A stretch of 64,000 bases of DNA from Scyliorhinus canicula (GCF_902713615.1 NC_052148.1:34825888-34889887); one strand, 5' to 3'; shown: positions 12,001 through 23,975, numbered from the stretch's first letter. Notes: generated by a model from the letters alone, not told the origin. Made by a program: numbers and translations.

Positions 12001-15000
12001 CTCAGCTAGGGGCTAGTCAATCTGTGGAACACATTGCTGCAGAAGGCTGTGGAGCACAGGTCACTGAGAATCTTCAAGACAGAGATAGATATGTTCCTCA
12101 TTAATAAGGGGATCAGAGGTTACGGGGAGAAGGCAGGAGAATGGGGGTGAGAAACATATTAGCCATGATCAAATAGCAGAGATGGCCCAATGGTCTGAAT
12201 GGCCTAATTCTGTGTCTCTTTCTTTTGGTCTTATTCTCTTATGATTTGAGGAGATGAAAGATTGACTGGAATTATGTTTTGAATTTGAGGCAGTTTGAGC
12301 AGAATTAATTTTTGTATGTGAGAAGGTGAGTGACTGAGAGGAATTAAATGTTTGAATTTGAGGGGATCAGTGACTGAGTGGGATTAATGTTTGGATTTGA
12401 GGAGAATAGTGACTGAGAGGAATTAATGTTTGGATTTGAGGAGGTTAGTGACTGAGAGGAACTAATGTTTGGATTTGAGGAGTATTGTAACTGAGTAGAA
12501 TTAATGTTTGGATTTGAGGAGGACAGTGACTGAGGAATTAATGTTTGGATTTGAGGAGGTTAGTTACTGAGGAATTAATATTTGGATTTGAGGAGGTTAG
12601 TGACTGAGAGGAATTAATGTTTATTTGAGGAGTACAGTGACTGAGTGGAATAAATGTTTGGACTTGAGGAGAATAGTGACTGAGAGAATTAATGTTTGGA
12701 TTTGAGGAGGATAGTGACTGAGAGGAATTAATGTTTGGATTTGAGGACGTTAGTGACTGAGTGGAATTAATGGTTGGATTTGAAATGAAATGAAAATGAA
12801 AATCGCTTATTGTCACAAGTAGGCTTCAAATGAAGTTACTGTGAAAAGCCCCTAGTCGCCACATTCCGGCGCCTGTTTGGGGAGGCTGGTACAGGAATTG
12901 AACCGTGCTGCTGGCCTGCCTTGGTCTGCTTTCAAAGCCAGCTCTTTAGCCCTCTGCTAAACAGCCCCTTTGAGGACGTTAGTGATTGAGAGCATTAAAA
13001 AAAAAAAAATTTAGAGTACCCAATTCGTTTTTCCAATTAAGAGGTAATTTAGTGTAGCCAATCCACCTACCCTGCACATCTTTGGGTTGTGAGGCGAAAC
13101 CCACACACACACGGGGAGAATGTGTAAACTCCACATGGACAGTGACCCAGAGCCGGGATTGAACCTGGGACCTGAGCACCGTGAGGGTGCAGTGCTACCA
13201 CTGAGCCACCGTGCTGCCCCTGACTGAGAGAATTGATGTTTGAATTTGAGGAGGTTAGTGACTGAGAGAATTGATGTTTGGATTTGAGGTTTGTCATTCA
13301 GAGCAATTAATCTTTGGATTTGAGGAAGTTGGTGACTGATAGAATTACTGTTTTGATTTGATTTCATTTCAAGATGGCTAGAATACCAGAGCAAGAATGT
13401 ACTGCTGAGACTGTTTAAGGCTCTGATCACACCCCATTTGGAATATTGTGAGCAGTTTGGACCCCGGATCTAAGGAAGGATGTCTTGGCCTTGAAGGGAG
13501 TCCAGAGGAGGTTTACAAGAATTATACCAGGAATGAGGGGCTTGTCATATGAGAAGCGGTTGAGAACTTTGGGTCTGTACGCAATGGAGTTTAGAAGATT
13601 GAGGGGTTTTCTCATTGAAACTTACAGAATACTGAGTGACGGAGATAGAATTGACGTGGAGAAGTTGTTTCCACATCATAGGAGAGGTTAGAACTCGAAG
13701 GCACAACCTCAGAACGAATGACGTTTATTTAAACCTGAGATGTGGAGGTATTTCCTCAGCTAGGGGGTAGTCAATCTGCGGAACTCATTGCTGCAGAAGG
13801 CTATAGAGGACAAGTCACTGAGAATCTTCAAGACAGAGATAGATATGTTCCTCATTAATAAGGAGATTGGGGTTATGGGGAGAAGGCAGGAGAATGGGGG
13901 TGAGAAACATATCAGCCTTGATCAAATAGCAGAGAAGGCCCGATTGGATGAATGGTCGAATTCTGCTTCTTCTATATCTTTTGGTCCTATTGTCTTATTA
14001 TTTGAGGAGGCTAGTGATTGAGTGGAATTCATCTTTGGTTTTGAGGAGTTTTGAACGGAATTAATTTTTGTAAGTGAGAAGGTGAGTGACTGAGAGGATT
14101 TAATGCTTGGATTTGAGGGGATCAGTGACTGAGTGGCATTAATGTTTGGATTTGAGGAGGTTAGTGACTGAGAGGAATTAATGTTGGATTTGAGGAGGTT
14201 AGTGGCTGAGACAATTAATGTTTGGATTTCAGAAGCTTTATTGACTGAGAGGAATTAATGTTTGGATTTGAGGAGATTAGTGACTGAGAGGAATGAATGT
14301 TTGGATTTGAGGAGGTTAGTGACTGAGAGAATTAATGTTTGGATTTGAGGAGATTAGTGACTGAGAGAATTAATGTTTGGATTCGAGGAGGTTAGTGACT
14401 GAGAGAATTAATTTTGGATTTGGGGAGGTTAATGACTGAGACAATTAATGTTTGGATTTGTGAAGGTTTAATGACTGAGAGGAATTAATGTTTGGATTTG
14501 AGGAGGTTAGTGAATGATTCGAATTAAGTTTGGATTTGAAGAGGTTAGTGACGGAGTGGAATTAATGTTTGGATTGAGGAGGTTAATGACTGAGAGAAAT
14601 TAATGTTTGGATTGAGGAGGTTAGTGACTGAGTGGAATTAATGTTTGGATTGAGGAGGTTAGTGACTGAGGAATTAATGTTTGTATTTGAGGAGGTTAGT
14701 GACTGAGTGGAATTAATGTTTGGCTTGAGGAGGTTAGTGACTGAGTGGAATTAATGTTTGGATTGAGGAGGTTAGTGACTGAGTGGAATTAATGTTTGGG
14801 AGCGGCCAGAATCTGCGTTTTCTTATGTTTCTAGTGGATATATTTCGCACCAATACCCAGATTCAATTTTAAAAAACAATTAACTTAAGACTCTCATTGT
14901 TGTTGACAACGCCTTTTAAGTCATTTCAGTTCAAAGGAATTCAGTTTTTAAATGAGATATTCCAGTAATTTAAAATTGCTGACAAGATTAGTTTCAACAA

Positions 15001-18000
15001 GAGCTCCCCGGCTGGGAAGCTGCATGTGGAGTGTCAGGGCGCTGGATCACAGTCTGCTTTAACATTGGAATGGCACAGTTGGTCATATCTGAAAGCAGTG
15101 GTGTAAACGTTAACGGGTACTGCGCGCCCGGCTAAATCATGCTGGGCTGTAACAGAATTCTCCCCCACAGTCCTGGGAAAGAGGCATGTTGACTCAGCCG
15201 ATCACCCCCTGACGACTAAGTGCACGCTGTTATACTGTGCCCAAAGGCAACAACTTTCTCACTCGGAGTTCGCAATCCTCTTTTCCAACAGAAATGGGAT
15301 CACCGCTGTTATGTGGGGAATGTTTGTTTCATGTTATTTTGTCCTGTTGCATGTCTAGCCGTGCCCTGTGTATCGGTATGTCCATTACTTTGTGTTGCGT
15401 TGACCAAAGATCACTGATGTGTTGTAACTGTTCTTCCAGGATACATGTGCAACTGGGCTATCTGGGGGTCATTGGTTGCCTGCAACCTCCTGTTGCTGAT
15501 TTCCATCGTGGCCATTGTCATCCACCGTAGGAAGAGGAGTAAGTCCTGATATTAGTTCCTAATGTATGTTAAAATCGGCATTGATAAATTTCATTTATCA
15601 TCGCAGTATATATTTACTCGCCATTCCCCTGTTTCTCCTCGCTTTCTAGGTTCCCGGAGGAGATGTCCCCATCAGTTTCAGAAAAGGTAAAGGCTAATTT
15701 TGCACAGCTTTCTGGGAGGGGCATGGGTGAGATGGTGCCTCTGATCAAATGTGCAATTAATGTGGCATCGCTTCAGTTGCACCTACTGACAGATTTCTGC
15801 CCTTTAACCCGAGGACAATTGGAGAGAGAGTCTCCTCCTCTATTGTCCCCAGTTCAGTCTGGGGTTGTGTTGATATCAATGGACGTTAAATGGAGAGAAT
15901 CTCCTCCTACATGGGGCTCTTTTACTTCGCAACATGGACTTAATTAGACAGGGTGACCACTGCTCAACATATCCACCAATACTCCCAAATAATCGGTGGC
16001 ACCTTTTTTGGTTGGGGAGGGATGGGGTCGGTTGGCCAAGGGAACTTATGTTTAACAATTGCATAGAAGGGTGAAGAAGGTAAACCAAGTCAATACGTTC
16101 AGTAGGTCAAGGTCCACTCAACAGACATACACAATGACACCAGGTCAAACCACTGTGCCCGTCTATAGGTTTGTCCAGGTCTGTCTTCACCCAACACTGG
16201 CTCCCTCCTACTAGAAACTAACCCAACCAGTTAATTACTTTCAAGTATTTTCACTGTTGTGCTAAGAACTGTGATAATCAATTTGTCGGAAAGTTGAGCG
16301 TGACATTGACTAGATAGTCTGGTCCAGGGATAAATATTTAACCAGGACACCTTTGAACCACAGAATGGTGAGATTGAAGGTTTTCTCAGGATCTTGAGCA
16401 CTAGAGAGGTCTTGATGCGAGCAGTACTGACAGTGTCCTCCATTGCATGTTCAACCGTGTTCTAGTGGACCCCATGACACAAATTTCAAGAGGAACTGGG
16501 AAATCTTCACCTGTCATGTGAGAGTACCTTTAAGAAATGGGTGTTTAAGAAATGGATGTTTATAAAAATATCTGTAGTGGATGTACCTTTAAGAAATGGG
16601 TGTTGTGCATTTGTATAGCACCGTTCATGATCCCAGCTCATTCCAAACGCTTTGCAGCCAGTGTAGTATTTTTAGTCATTGTTGTACAGGTCTTGAGCTG
16701 CTACCCACTGCCCCAGTTTCAAGTCTCACTTCAGGACTTGATGGCCATGGAAAGAATAACAAAATTTGGGGGCAGTCCTGTGAGAGGAGAACCCTGTAGC
16801 AATTTTTCACACAAATGGCATTAGAAATGTGGAACTCTTTAATGCTCCCACAAGGCTGGGGAGGCAGGGTCAACTGGGATTTTCAAGTCTGAAATTGAGA
16901 GATTTTCAATAGAACTGAGAAATAGAGCTACGGTACAGATCAGCCCTGGTCTAACTGAATGACAGAACAAACTCAAGTGTTTGAATGGCTTGCCTTTATT
17001 CTTCCATTTCTTGGGCAGAAATGCAGTATTGACAAGATGGCCACCATTCAAATCTAAATAATACGTATTGCCTAAATAATTAAAGATATCCTTAAGATTC
17101 GCTTCTTTTATCTTTGGGAATTGGCATAAACATTTCAGAACATTTCTCGTGAGTTTGGTGGAGTCCCAGATTCAACAAATTGTGTTTGATGATTAGGAAA
17201 AAAAACATAGGGTTGCTGAACGAAATGGCTGTTTCTCAGAGTAGGTATAAATGTGGTATTTTTGAGTAGGCAGGCTGTGGTCAGCAGAGTGCTATATAGA
17301 TCAGAATTGAGGTCTCACCTGTTTACAATCGATATTCATTTAGACAGAGAGTAATGTATCTAAGTTTGCTGATGATACAAAGCTGTGTGGGAATACAAGC
17401 TATAAGGAAGGCACACAGCAAGGCTGCTAAAAGATTTGGATAGTTTAGTGAATGGGCAACAAGATGGGGGAGGTGGAGTATCATGTGAGGTTATTCATTT
17501 TGCTGGTAAGAATAGAAAAGCGGAATATTTTTTAAATGCCGTGAAACTTTTAAGTGTTGATGTTCAGAGGAACTGACAGGGTGCGCTCATGCAAGGAACA
17601 CAGACGTTAGAGTGCAGATGCAGCAAGCATTTAGGTGGGCAGATGGTATGTTGGCCTTTATTGCGAGGGGACTGATCATAATAAAATTAAATACACATAA
17701 CCATTATATTATGGTCAAGGGTAAAAAGGACACCTCAGTAACTAATTAAATGTGATATGAAATAAAGCAGCTCTTAGATCAGAAATAGAATAATCCGCTC
17801 AAACTGCCAAAAAGATACAGAACATTTTTAGCTCAAAATTCTAATGTTATTTCTATTCTTGATTGCCCTTCTTTTAAAATTTCATTCTGTTTTTCCCCTA
17901 TTCTCTTTTCAACTATTTCTATTTTGCCTTTCTTTTTACCATGACAAGGACCTGACAGTTAAAACAGTTGCTTTCTGAGTAGCTGCAATTGTTTTTCCAT

Positions 18001-20668
18001 TAACTGATTCTGCTGTAAAGGAGTCAGTGATAAGACACAAGCTTTCAAAAAAAAGGTATAATCCACTGACAGAGTGCAGAGCTGCACTATCAAAGCATTG
18101 CTCACTTTTTTCTTTGTACCCACCTATTGGGCTCCATTTTCTCACATTACAGTCACTTCAAAAGTGTAATTAATTGTAAAGGATCACCTCAAGATGTTCT
18201 GAAATGGTGCTCTGTAAATACGACTGTTATATATTTTTCCACCTTAAAGGAGCTAGATACTTTGAAAAAGTTGGTTTCCAGTTTGCTGATTTCTGACTTT
18301 GGAAGGCCAATTGTTGATGTACACTGCAAAACTAATTATCACATGTTGGGACAAAGTTTGACACATTATATACTTTAGTGGTCTCACTCGATGGGTTACC
18401 TCAACCACGGGACAGGCACATTGTACAGGTTAACACACCCAAGGCACTGTACGGGCTCAAATAAAGCAGACTTTATAGAAGTTTAAATAAAAATCAGCCA
18501 CCACCATATCTGGTCCTCTAACACGCTTGCCTAAGTTAGTTTTGTGTAATGTTTTATACAATACTTTGATCTAATTTCTAAGCCTTTTAGGGTCAGGAAC
18601 ACATGGTATGGTGATTTTTGGTTGACTGGTGATTGGACGCATGTCACACTTTTTGGGCAATTGTCAAGCTTTGCATAATCTTCCTTAATTGCATTATTTT
18701 CCTTAATTGAGTAAAATAGTGAGTTGGAATTGAGCACAAGGATTTCAGAGCAACTATATTCAGCAACTGCTGAATATTCAGAATGCAGCATTTTAACTGG
18801 ATACCCACCTGGTTTTTTGAGATAACGAGGGACTTATGAACATTGCCCTCTTGTGACCATGTTCCAAATGCACTGCTCTTTCCACATTTAACTCTGTGTA
18901 ATGTGCATTGGGTTTGTTAACATTAGAGTTGATGTCAAGTGAAATCAGTTAGTGTTGGTCCCACTTTCTCGAAATGACTCATCATCTCAATATGAAATTG
19001 AGAACAAAAATTTAATGGGTGTTGTATAGTTTCCAGCATTGTTTTATCATACTTTGATCTCTCCCTTTGTTAAACGAAGAAGTCAATGTACCAACATTCT
19101 ACAGAAAGGGAGTCTAGAAACAGGAATTAGAAATTAGGTCAAAATATCATTAAATGCTTTACTGCTCTTCTTCCCACTTAAACCTTAAAACACCACTTTA
19201 CTGAACCATTGAATATATTCCTTCACTTATTATGTTATTTAAAATAAATATTACCATGCCTAATAGTAAAGGGATCATGTATGTAAAGTGCTTGTTCTGA
19301 TTAACTTGTTGATTCCATTATCACATGCATGAGTATTGAAACAAGAAAATACCCTATAAACTGAAAAATATTTTGACTAATATGAAGAACTGGAAAACAT
19401 TACTTTTGAGAATTCCTCTCTACATAAAAAAGTAAGTGCTATAGAGACATAACAATTACTCAGACTGAAACCCAATAAGGTTGCAGTAACAAACCACAGG
19501 CTCTACTCATTGAATTCTCTGTTTCCAAACTCTCTGGGCGTGGATATTGGAAATGACATGTTTTTCAGTACACCAAAGAAGACTATCAAGGCTATATTTC
19601 TGCTGTGGAAAGGCAGATAAATGATGCAGTGAAGCAGATAATTGCTGCTTATATACTCTTTAACTATGTTCTCAAGACATTCCAAATCACTTTGCCATCT
19701 ACAAATTTGTTGTGAAACCATACTTATAAAAAATGACTATGAATTTACTAGCTGGAAATCGTTAATTGATTTTTTTTTAAACTAAAGCCACATGCCAATT
19801 CCTTGAAATCATTGTCAAAGATGGCTGTCCATTTGAATCACTATGCCATCTACCTTACTAAAACATTGACATGGAGACAATCTGCCTGATTGTCTCTTTT
19901 ATGGTCACAACATGCAAACACTATCAAACCTCGTTGCAGTCAAACATAAAGTGGGAAAAGAAGGGAGACATCCTACTCCTCTGCACCTGGAGTTACTTTT
20001 TAAATCGCCCAAGATTGGTACTACCTAGTTCAACTCTAGTATATACACTGCAAGTCCATCACATCCGCAGTTTAATTTCTCTGGCCATGCCTTCAGTTGT
20101 CTCTGTCCCAAACTCTGAAGTATCCTCCCTACACCTCTCCGCCTCCTCCTTTAAGACATTCCAAACAGCCTGCCTCTTTGACCAAGCTTTAGGTCATCTG
20201 ACTTAATATCCCCTGTGTGGTCTATGTATAATACTTTGTTTACAATGCTCCTGTGTTAACAAGTTAATCAGGACAAACACTTTATGTACATGATTCCTTT
20301 ACTATTTGATCTTTTGTTACATTAAAGGCACTATATAAGTATAAGTTGTTAACAAAGCATTTACTATATTACGATTCCACATTTTCTGTCCACATTTATT
20401 CCAGATAATTAACACATCAAAAATGTCACAGGACCAACATGCGGAGAAAGGACTGGAATGTTATCACAAATGTTTCTGTGCTTTCTAAGGTTGCAGACGG
20501 AACGTTATGATATTGAACTCAGTTTCATCTATGATTCACCTTGTTATATTGTTACTGTTCTTTTTCTTTTGGTTTTTAAAACTGGAATGAAATTTGCACA
20601 TCCATAAACCACTCCTAGCAGATTTAAAGGCATTCAGGGCGTCAATCTTTGTCTTTCCTAGGAGATGA
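2959..20668 (+). CDS. CD8B: T-cell surface glycoprotein CD8 beta chain, whole coding span: join(2959..3004,3353..3700,4287..4397,15440..15538,15650..15686,20662..20668), 648 nt, 215 aa
   Basis: Exons join in frame (phases 1,1,1,1,2) to give leader + single IgV(J) domain + stalk + TM + RRRCPH tail. There is no constant domain, and the gene lies upstream of a CD8A-like paralogue in the same orientation, as in other jawed vertebrates. The last exon is less certain. Confidence 0.9.
3353..3700 (+). CDS. CD8B: CD8B exon 2, IgV domain with J-like end
   Basis: ccag|GT acceptor; IRLSC..VYWY..FSLTI..DNGTYYC..WGAGSVVTV; donor CG|GTAAGG, phase 1. Confidence 0.95.
4287..4397 (+). CDS. CD8B: CD8B exon 3, stalk VPERQKVTSPPPPPTTRRRINRYKYPDISRKKKGGGN
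   Basis: tttcag| acceptor, ATG|GTAAGA donor, symmetric phase 1, Pro/Thr/basic stalk. Confidence 0.85.
4940..5125 (+). mobile_element. tRNA-derived SINE fragment
   Basis: A-box-like head ggccggtttagctcagttgg followed by a non-tRNA body. Confidence 0.5.
5577..6035 (-). mobile_element. CR1-type LINE 3' fragment
   Basis: Minus-strand IPGMERLSYEERLNRLGLYPLEIRRVRGD. Confidence 0.75.
6235..7005 (+). mobile_element. Penelope-like element relic (GIY-YIG end plus 3' region)
   Basis: Reads FRCTSFNLVCCILCSRCGLL*FGETKSR, typical of the PLE GIY-YIG domain; the same terminal motif occurs inverted at about 39200-39335. Confidence 0.65.
8785..9215. repeat. Degenerate ~22-bp tandem repeat (cagtcaacagcaccatacatgt)
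   Basis: Repeated units visible directly, decaying towards the 3' side. Confidence 0.7.
9243..9596 (-). mobile_element. CR1/L2-clade LINE 3' end
   Basis: Minus ORF ...VAGAKSWNSLPNCIVDVPT..; similar to the terminus at 61262-61500. Confidence 0.65.
10024..10969 (-). mobile_element. 5'-truncated L1/Tx1-type LINE (ORF2 C-terminus, zf-RVT region, 3'UTR, polyA)
   Basis: ORF 10300-10950 with RCERC..HAHMFWSCP; poly(T) at about 10020; 16-bp TSD tatgttcctcattttt at 10008-10023 and 10970-10985. Confidence 0.92.
11700..12240 (+). mobile_element. CR1-type LINE 3' fragment (repeat unit copy 2)
   Basis: KDVLALEGVQRRFTRI; paralogous to 9930-11110 and 13375-13990. Confidence 0.8.
12783..12968 (-). mobile_element. 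Short tRNA-derived SINE with (TTTCA)n tail
   Basis: Same family seen at about 27470, 32100, 34330-34500, 36560 and 44965-45070. Confidence 0.7.
12997..13220 (-). mobile_element. HE1-like (V-SINE) element inserted in the minisatellite
   Basis: gggcagcacggtggctcagtgg head, conserved V-like core, same family as the 58594 copy. Confidence 0.8.
13375..13990 (+). mobile_element. CR1-type LINE 3' fragment (repeat unit copy 3)
   Basis: LKGVQRRFTRIIPGMRGLSYEKRLRTLGLYAMEFRRLRG. Confidence 0.8.
15440..15538 (+). CDS. CD8B: CD8B exon 4, transmembrane GYMCNWAIWGSLVACNLLLLISIVAIVIHRRKR
   Basis: ttccag| acceptor, GA|GTAAGT donor, 99 nt phase 1-1; membrane-proximal Cys, hydrophobic helix and basic stop-transfer sequence. 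Confidence 0.92.
15650..15686 (+). CDS. CD8B: CD8B exon 5, cytoplasmic SSRRRCPHQFQK(R)
   Basis: ttctag| acceptor, AAG|GTAAAG donor, phase 1-2; CXH motif matching CD8A exon 5. Confidence 0.9.
17650..19760 (-). repeat. Old AT-rich ~2-kb repeat copy A, probable decayed L1-like ORF2
   Basis: Collinear with 26950-28900; broken CPK-C / CPKI zf-RVT-like traces on the minus strand. Confidence 0.55.
20662..20668 (+). CDS. CD8B: Candidate CD8B exon 6 coding part (G AGA TGA, giving ...QKRR*)
   Basis: Strong acceptor ctttgtctttcctag|, completes the phase-2 intron, stop after 2 residues; followed by a GTGAGT donor at 20682 and AATAAA at 21015 and 21028. Other downstream acceptors are not excluded. Confidence 0.5.
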
Positions 20669-21504
20669 CATGGCCCTGGGAGTGAGTGGGATATGGCAGG
20701 GTTAGGAGGGGAGGGGGAGGGAGGAGGTGGGGGGGGGGGGGGGGGGTGCAGTGATGAAGAGGTGTTTAGCCAGGGTGAGTGGGGCAGGCTTGAGGCAGCA
20801 GCTGGACTTTTCCCACCTGCGATATGTTCAAAACACTCTTCAGATAAATGTTACAACAATGGATGTAAAATATTTTCTTCCTGCAATGTCTCCCTTGTGT
20901 TTACTATGTAGTAATTTTTGCTCCGCTTATTCTGTTATTTGCAGATTGTATCATACAAAAAGTGTAAAATGTTTACTTTGCGATTGAAAAAGCAATAATT
21001 TTGAGTTTCTTTTAAATAAATTTTAAAAATAAAATAACTAACACCTGTATTTTATTTTTTAAATATCTAATTTCCAGTTATCTGTTTGGTTGAAAATCTG
21101 ACTTCTGAGGATTGTGGGGTATAATATTGACCTCGTCATGTTGAATAGAGTCTCACTGCATGCATTGGGTATAATCTAACATTGCAGAGTTGAAATTGAT
21201 GCAAAACATCTCTACTCAAACTGTGTGCGCAATCACAATAACATTGGCCCCCAAATTGGAGCCATAGGTGAATTAAAATGAAATATGTGTTGCACTGTGT
21301 ATGGCCATCTCCCCCAAAGGAAATGTCTATGTCAGTATGGCAGTAGCCATTCAAAGGCATCCCTCAACTCTTAAAAGGGTAGCGCATTTTGGCTGCAGGA
21401 ACTATAACTGATGATTGTGGACAATGCCAGACACAGCAGAAACTACAAAGCCTGTCTCTCCATTTTTTTTGAGGTATGACATTGCACTAAATAGAATATA
21501 TGGC

Positions 21505-22390
21505 ACAGGGTGGCACAGTTGGACAATGGTTAACCAGGGGTCTGGGTCACTGTCTGCATGGAATTTCTCCCTGTGTCTGCCTGGGTTTCCTCCGGTTGCT
21601 CTGGAGTTTCCTCCCACAGTCCAAAGGTGTGGAGGTTAGGTGAATTGGCCAATGCTAAATTGGCCCTTATTATCCGAGGATATGTAGGTTAGGTGGGGTT
21701 ATGAGGATAGGGCCGGTGAATGGGCCGGTACAGGTGGTGTTCTTTCAGAGGGTCAGTGCAGACTTGATTGGACGAATAGCCTCCTTCTGCACTGTAGAAA
21801 TGTTATGGTTCTATGGTTCTAAAAGAGGCCATTCGGCCTAACCAGTCTATGCTGGTATTCATGCTCCATTCAGGCCTCCTCCTATCTTTCTCATTTAAAT
21901 TTATCTTTCTGAACCATTTATTCCCTTCTTCCTTAAACATTTGTCTAGTTTCCCCTTAATTCGTCAAGACTATTCACTTCTACAACTCTCTGCGGTAGTG
22001 CGTTCCGCTTTCTTATTTCTTCTGCATTCCCTATTGGATTTCACAGTGACTATCTTATATTGATGGCTTCCAGTTATGCTCTTCTGCACAAGAGGAAACA
22101 TTTTCTCTGAATCCATTTTGTCAAACCCTTTCATACTTTCATTATATCTTTGATCACCTCTCAACCTTCTTTTTAAAGAGAAAACAGACTCAGGCTGTCA
22201 ATCCTTTCCTGGTGTGTATACCCATACATTTCACATATCATCTGATTCAATCTTCTCCACTGCCTCTATATCCCTTTTATACTATGACAACCAGAATTAC
22301 ATACAGTACTCTGTGTGGTCTAATCAAGGTCCAATCTAGGTTTAGCTTAACATCCCTACTTCTCAATTCTATCCCTTCTATGCCTTTCCT
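21505..22390. mobile_element. HE1-like SINE (+, about 21505-21820) abutting a CR1 3' fragment (-, about 21820-22390)
   Basis: SINE core with TTCTATG tail; minus ORF MRGDQRYNESMKGFDKMDSEKMFPLV. Confidence 0.7.
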
Positions 22391-22504
22391 GATGATTCTT
22401 TTATTTCCCCTTTCTTTATTTTTGCCAAGATTATTTTTGATCCATGGATGCTTAATGTGTGTATTTCTTTACGTCAAGCAGTAGAAAGAATGAGGAATTC
22501 AAGC

Positions 22505-23255
22505 AGTTACAACATGGTGCATAGTGCTGCTAGCTTTGAACATCAGAACCCAGACTTTGTGGCACCTGATGATGGGGTGGGACCCGGTTCAATTGGTTGG
22601 CTGGTGGCCAATGAATTAGACTAAAGACCGTATTCTGCCCGGTAACAGGTGGTGATTGGATCCTGCCTGAGAAGATGTTTTCCAGAGACCCAAGGAAAGC
22701 AGAGTTAAGACCCGGTCACACAGGGAGAAGGATCTGTTCCCTCTTTTCTTTCTCATTCTTTCATCAGAATTGCAGTGAATTGATATATTTCAGAACCTTC
22801 AGAGAACCTGAATGAATGAATCTGCAGTGAAACCATTACAGGCTGCAAACAGAGACCTGGATCTGAAAGCTTACTTTGAAGAAAGATTTGCTTAAAGATA
22901 ACCATCTGAAACAAAGATTATTTTTTCTTTTACTTATTATTTCACCCTTCTCCTCCCCTCTGTGTTTCTCTGACATTTGTGTATGCATGGAGGGTGGAGG
23001 AAAGTTGAAGTGGGGGGATTCTGAAATAGATAATAGTTAACTAGTTGTATTTTCTGCATATTTAGTTGTAGTTCTTGTTATAAATAAAAAATAATTGTGC
23101 TTAAACTTACAAAAATGGTGACTGTAATTATTGGGCAGCCAAGGGCCAAATATTTTTGGTAATTTTCAAAGAATTATTGGTAATTCACCTGTGTTGTTAC
23201 TTGGGGCAAAGGGGAAGCTGGAATTGGCCGCGCCCTAGCCCAGAGTGTTGTAACA
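22505..23255. mobile_element. Possible solo LTR
   Basis: Terminal inverted repeat gttacaaca / tgttgtaac(a), internal tataaataaa; no TSD found. Confidence 0.4.
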
Positions 23256-23274
23256 ATTTCTAGAAATAAAGTAT

Positions 23275-23615
23275 AATTCATAGAATTTTTTTACAGTGCA
23301 GAAGGAGGCTATTCGGCCCATCGAGTGGTGCACCGGCTCCTAGAAAGAGCACCCTACCCAAGGTTAACACCTCCACCCTATCCCCATAACCCAGTAACCC
23401 CACCCAACACTAAGGGCAATTTTGGACACTAAGGGCAATTTATCATGGCCAATCCACCTAACCTGCACATCTTTGGACTGTGGGAGGAAACCGGAGCACC
23501 CGGAGAAAACCACGCACACACGGGGAGGATGTGCAGACTCCACACAGACAGTGACCCAAGCCGGAATCGAACCTGGGACCCTGGAGCTGTGAAGCGATTG
23601 TGCTATCCACAATGC
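23275..23615 (-). mobile_element. Full-length HE1-like SINE
   Basis: Near copy of 29343-29698, 37420-37745 and 42103-42410. Confidence 0.85.
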
Positions 23616-23799
23616 CCGCAAATGATTGTTTATTTTTCATGGCTTTGCTAAGCTCTGGTGCAATGTTCACTGATAGGCATTTTTGTGCTCCAACTGAGAT
23701 CCTTTGTCCCTATGCCTCACCGAGACTTGCATCTTCCAAGTAATAAGTGATATCTCTATTACTCCTACCAAAATGTACTACTTCACATTTATCTGCATT

Positions 23800-23975
23800 G
23801 AACTTGATGGAGAAGATTAGCAAGAGGAGGAACATCTATCCTCCTGGTGGTAGGAAGGTGGCAAGCTGCGTGGCATGAGTGGGCAGAGAGGGTTCCTTTC
23901 AGAAGCATCGCAACTATCCAGTGTATGACTACAAGACCGTGAAAAGTTCAATAACCTCACCAAAATAACTCAGGT
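23800..23975 (+). mobile_element. PIF/Harbinger-like Myb/SANT ORF relic
   Basis: Frameshifted AAWHEWAERV..IQC..EKFNNLTKITQ followed by a GTAAGC donor, resembling the Myb exon at 34790-35010. Confidence 0.45.

Larger units (their letters stand above)
9700..14790. repeat. 39-bp minisatellite (gaggaggttagtgactgagaggaattaatgtttggattt)n interrupted by LINE and SINE pieces, in CD8B intron 3
   Basis: Dozens of head-to-tail 39-bp units; the purest block is about 14100-14790. Confidence 0.95.

Noticed and set aside
11379-12816. SSQSLTSSNPNIN-repeat ORFs as a mucin-like protein
   Set aside because: A by-product of the 39-bp (13-codon) period on the antisense strand; frequent indels and no gene structure.
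9700-14790. Regular repeats as a CRISPR array
   Set aside because: The units are contiguous with no unique spacers, there are no cas genes, and the context is a vertebrate intron.
16513-16595. tgtcatgtgagagtacctttaagaaatgg as an intact LTR element
   Set aside because: Only a short LTR-like start; no partner LTR, PBS or gag/pol found.
16466-20600. Other candidate CD8B last exons (acceptors near 16466, 18070, 20490)
   Set aside because: Weaker pyrimidine tracts, location in or next to repeats, or long hydrophobic read-through unlike a CD8 tail; not formally excluded without RNA data.
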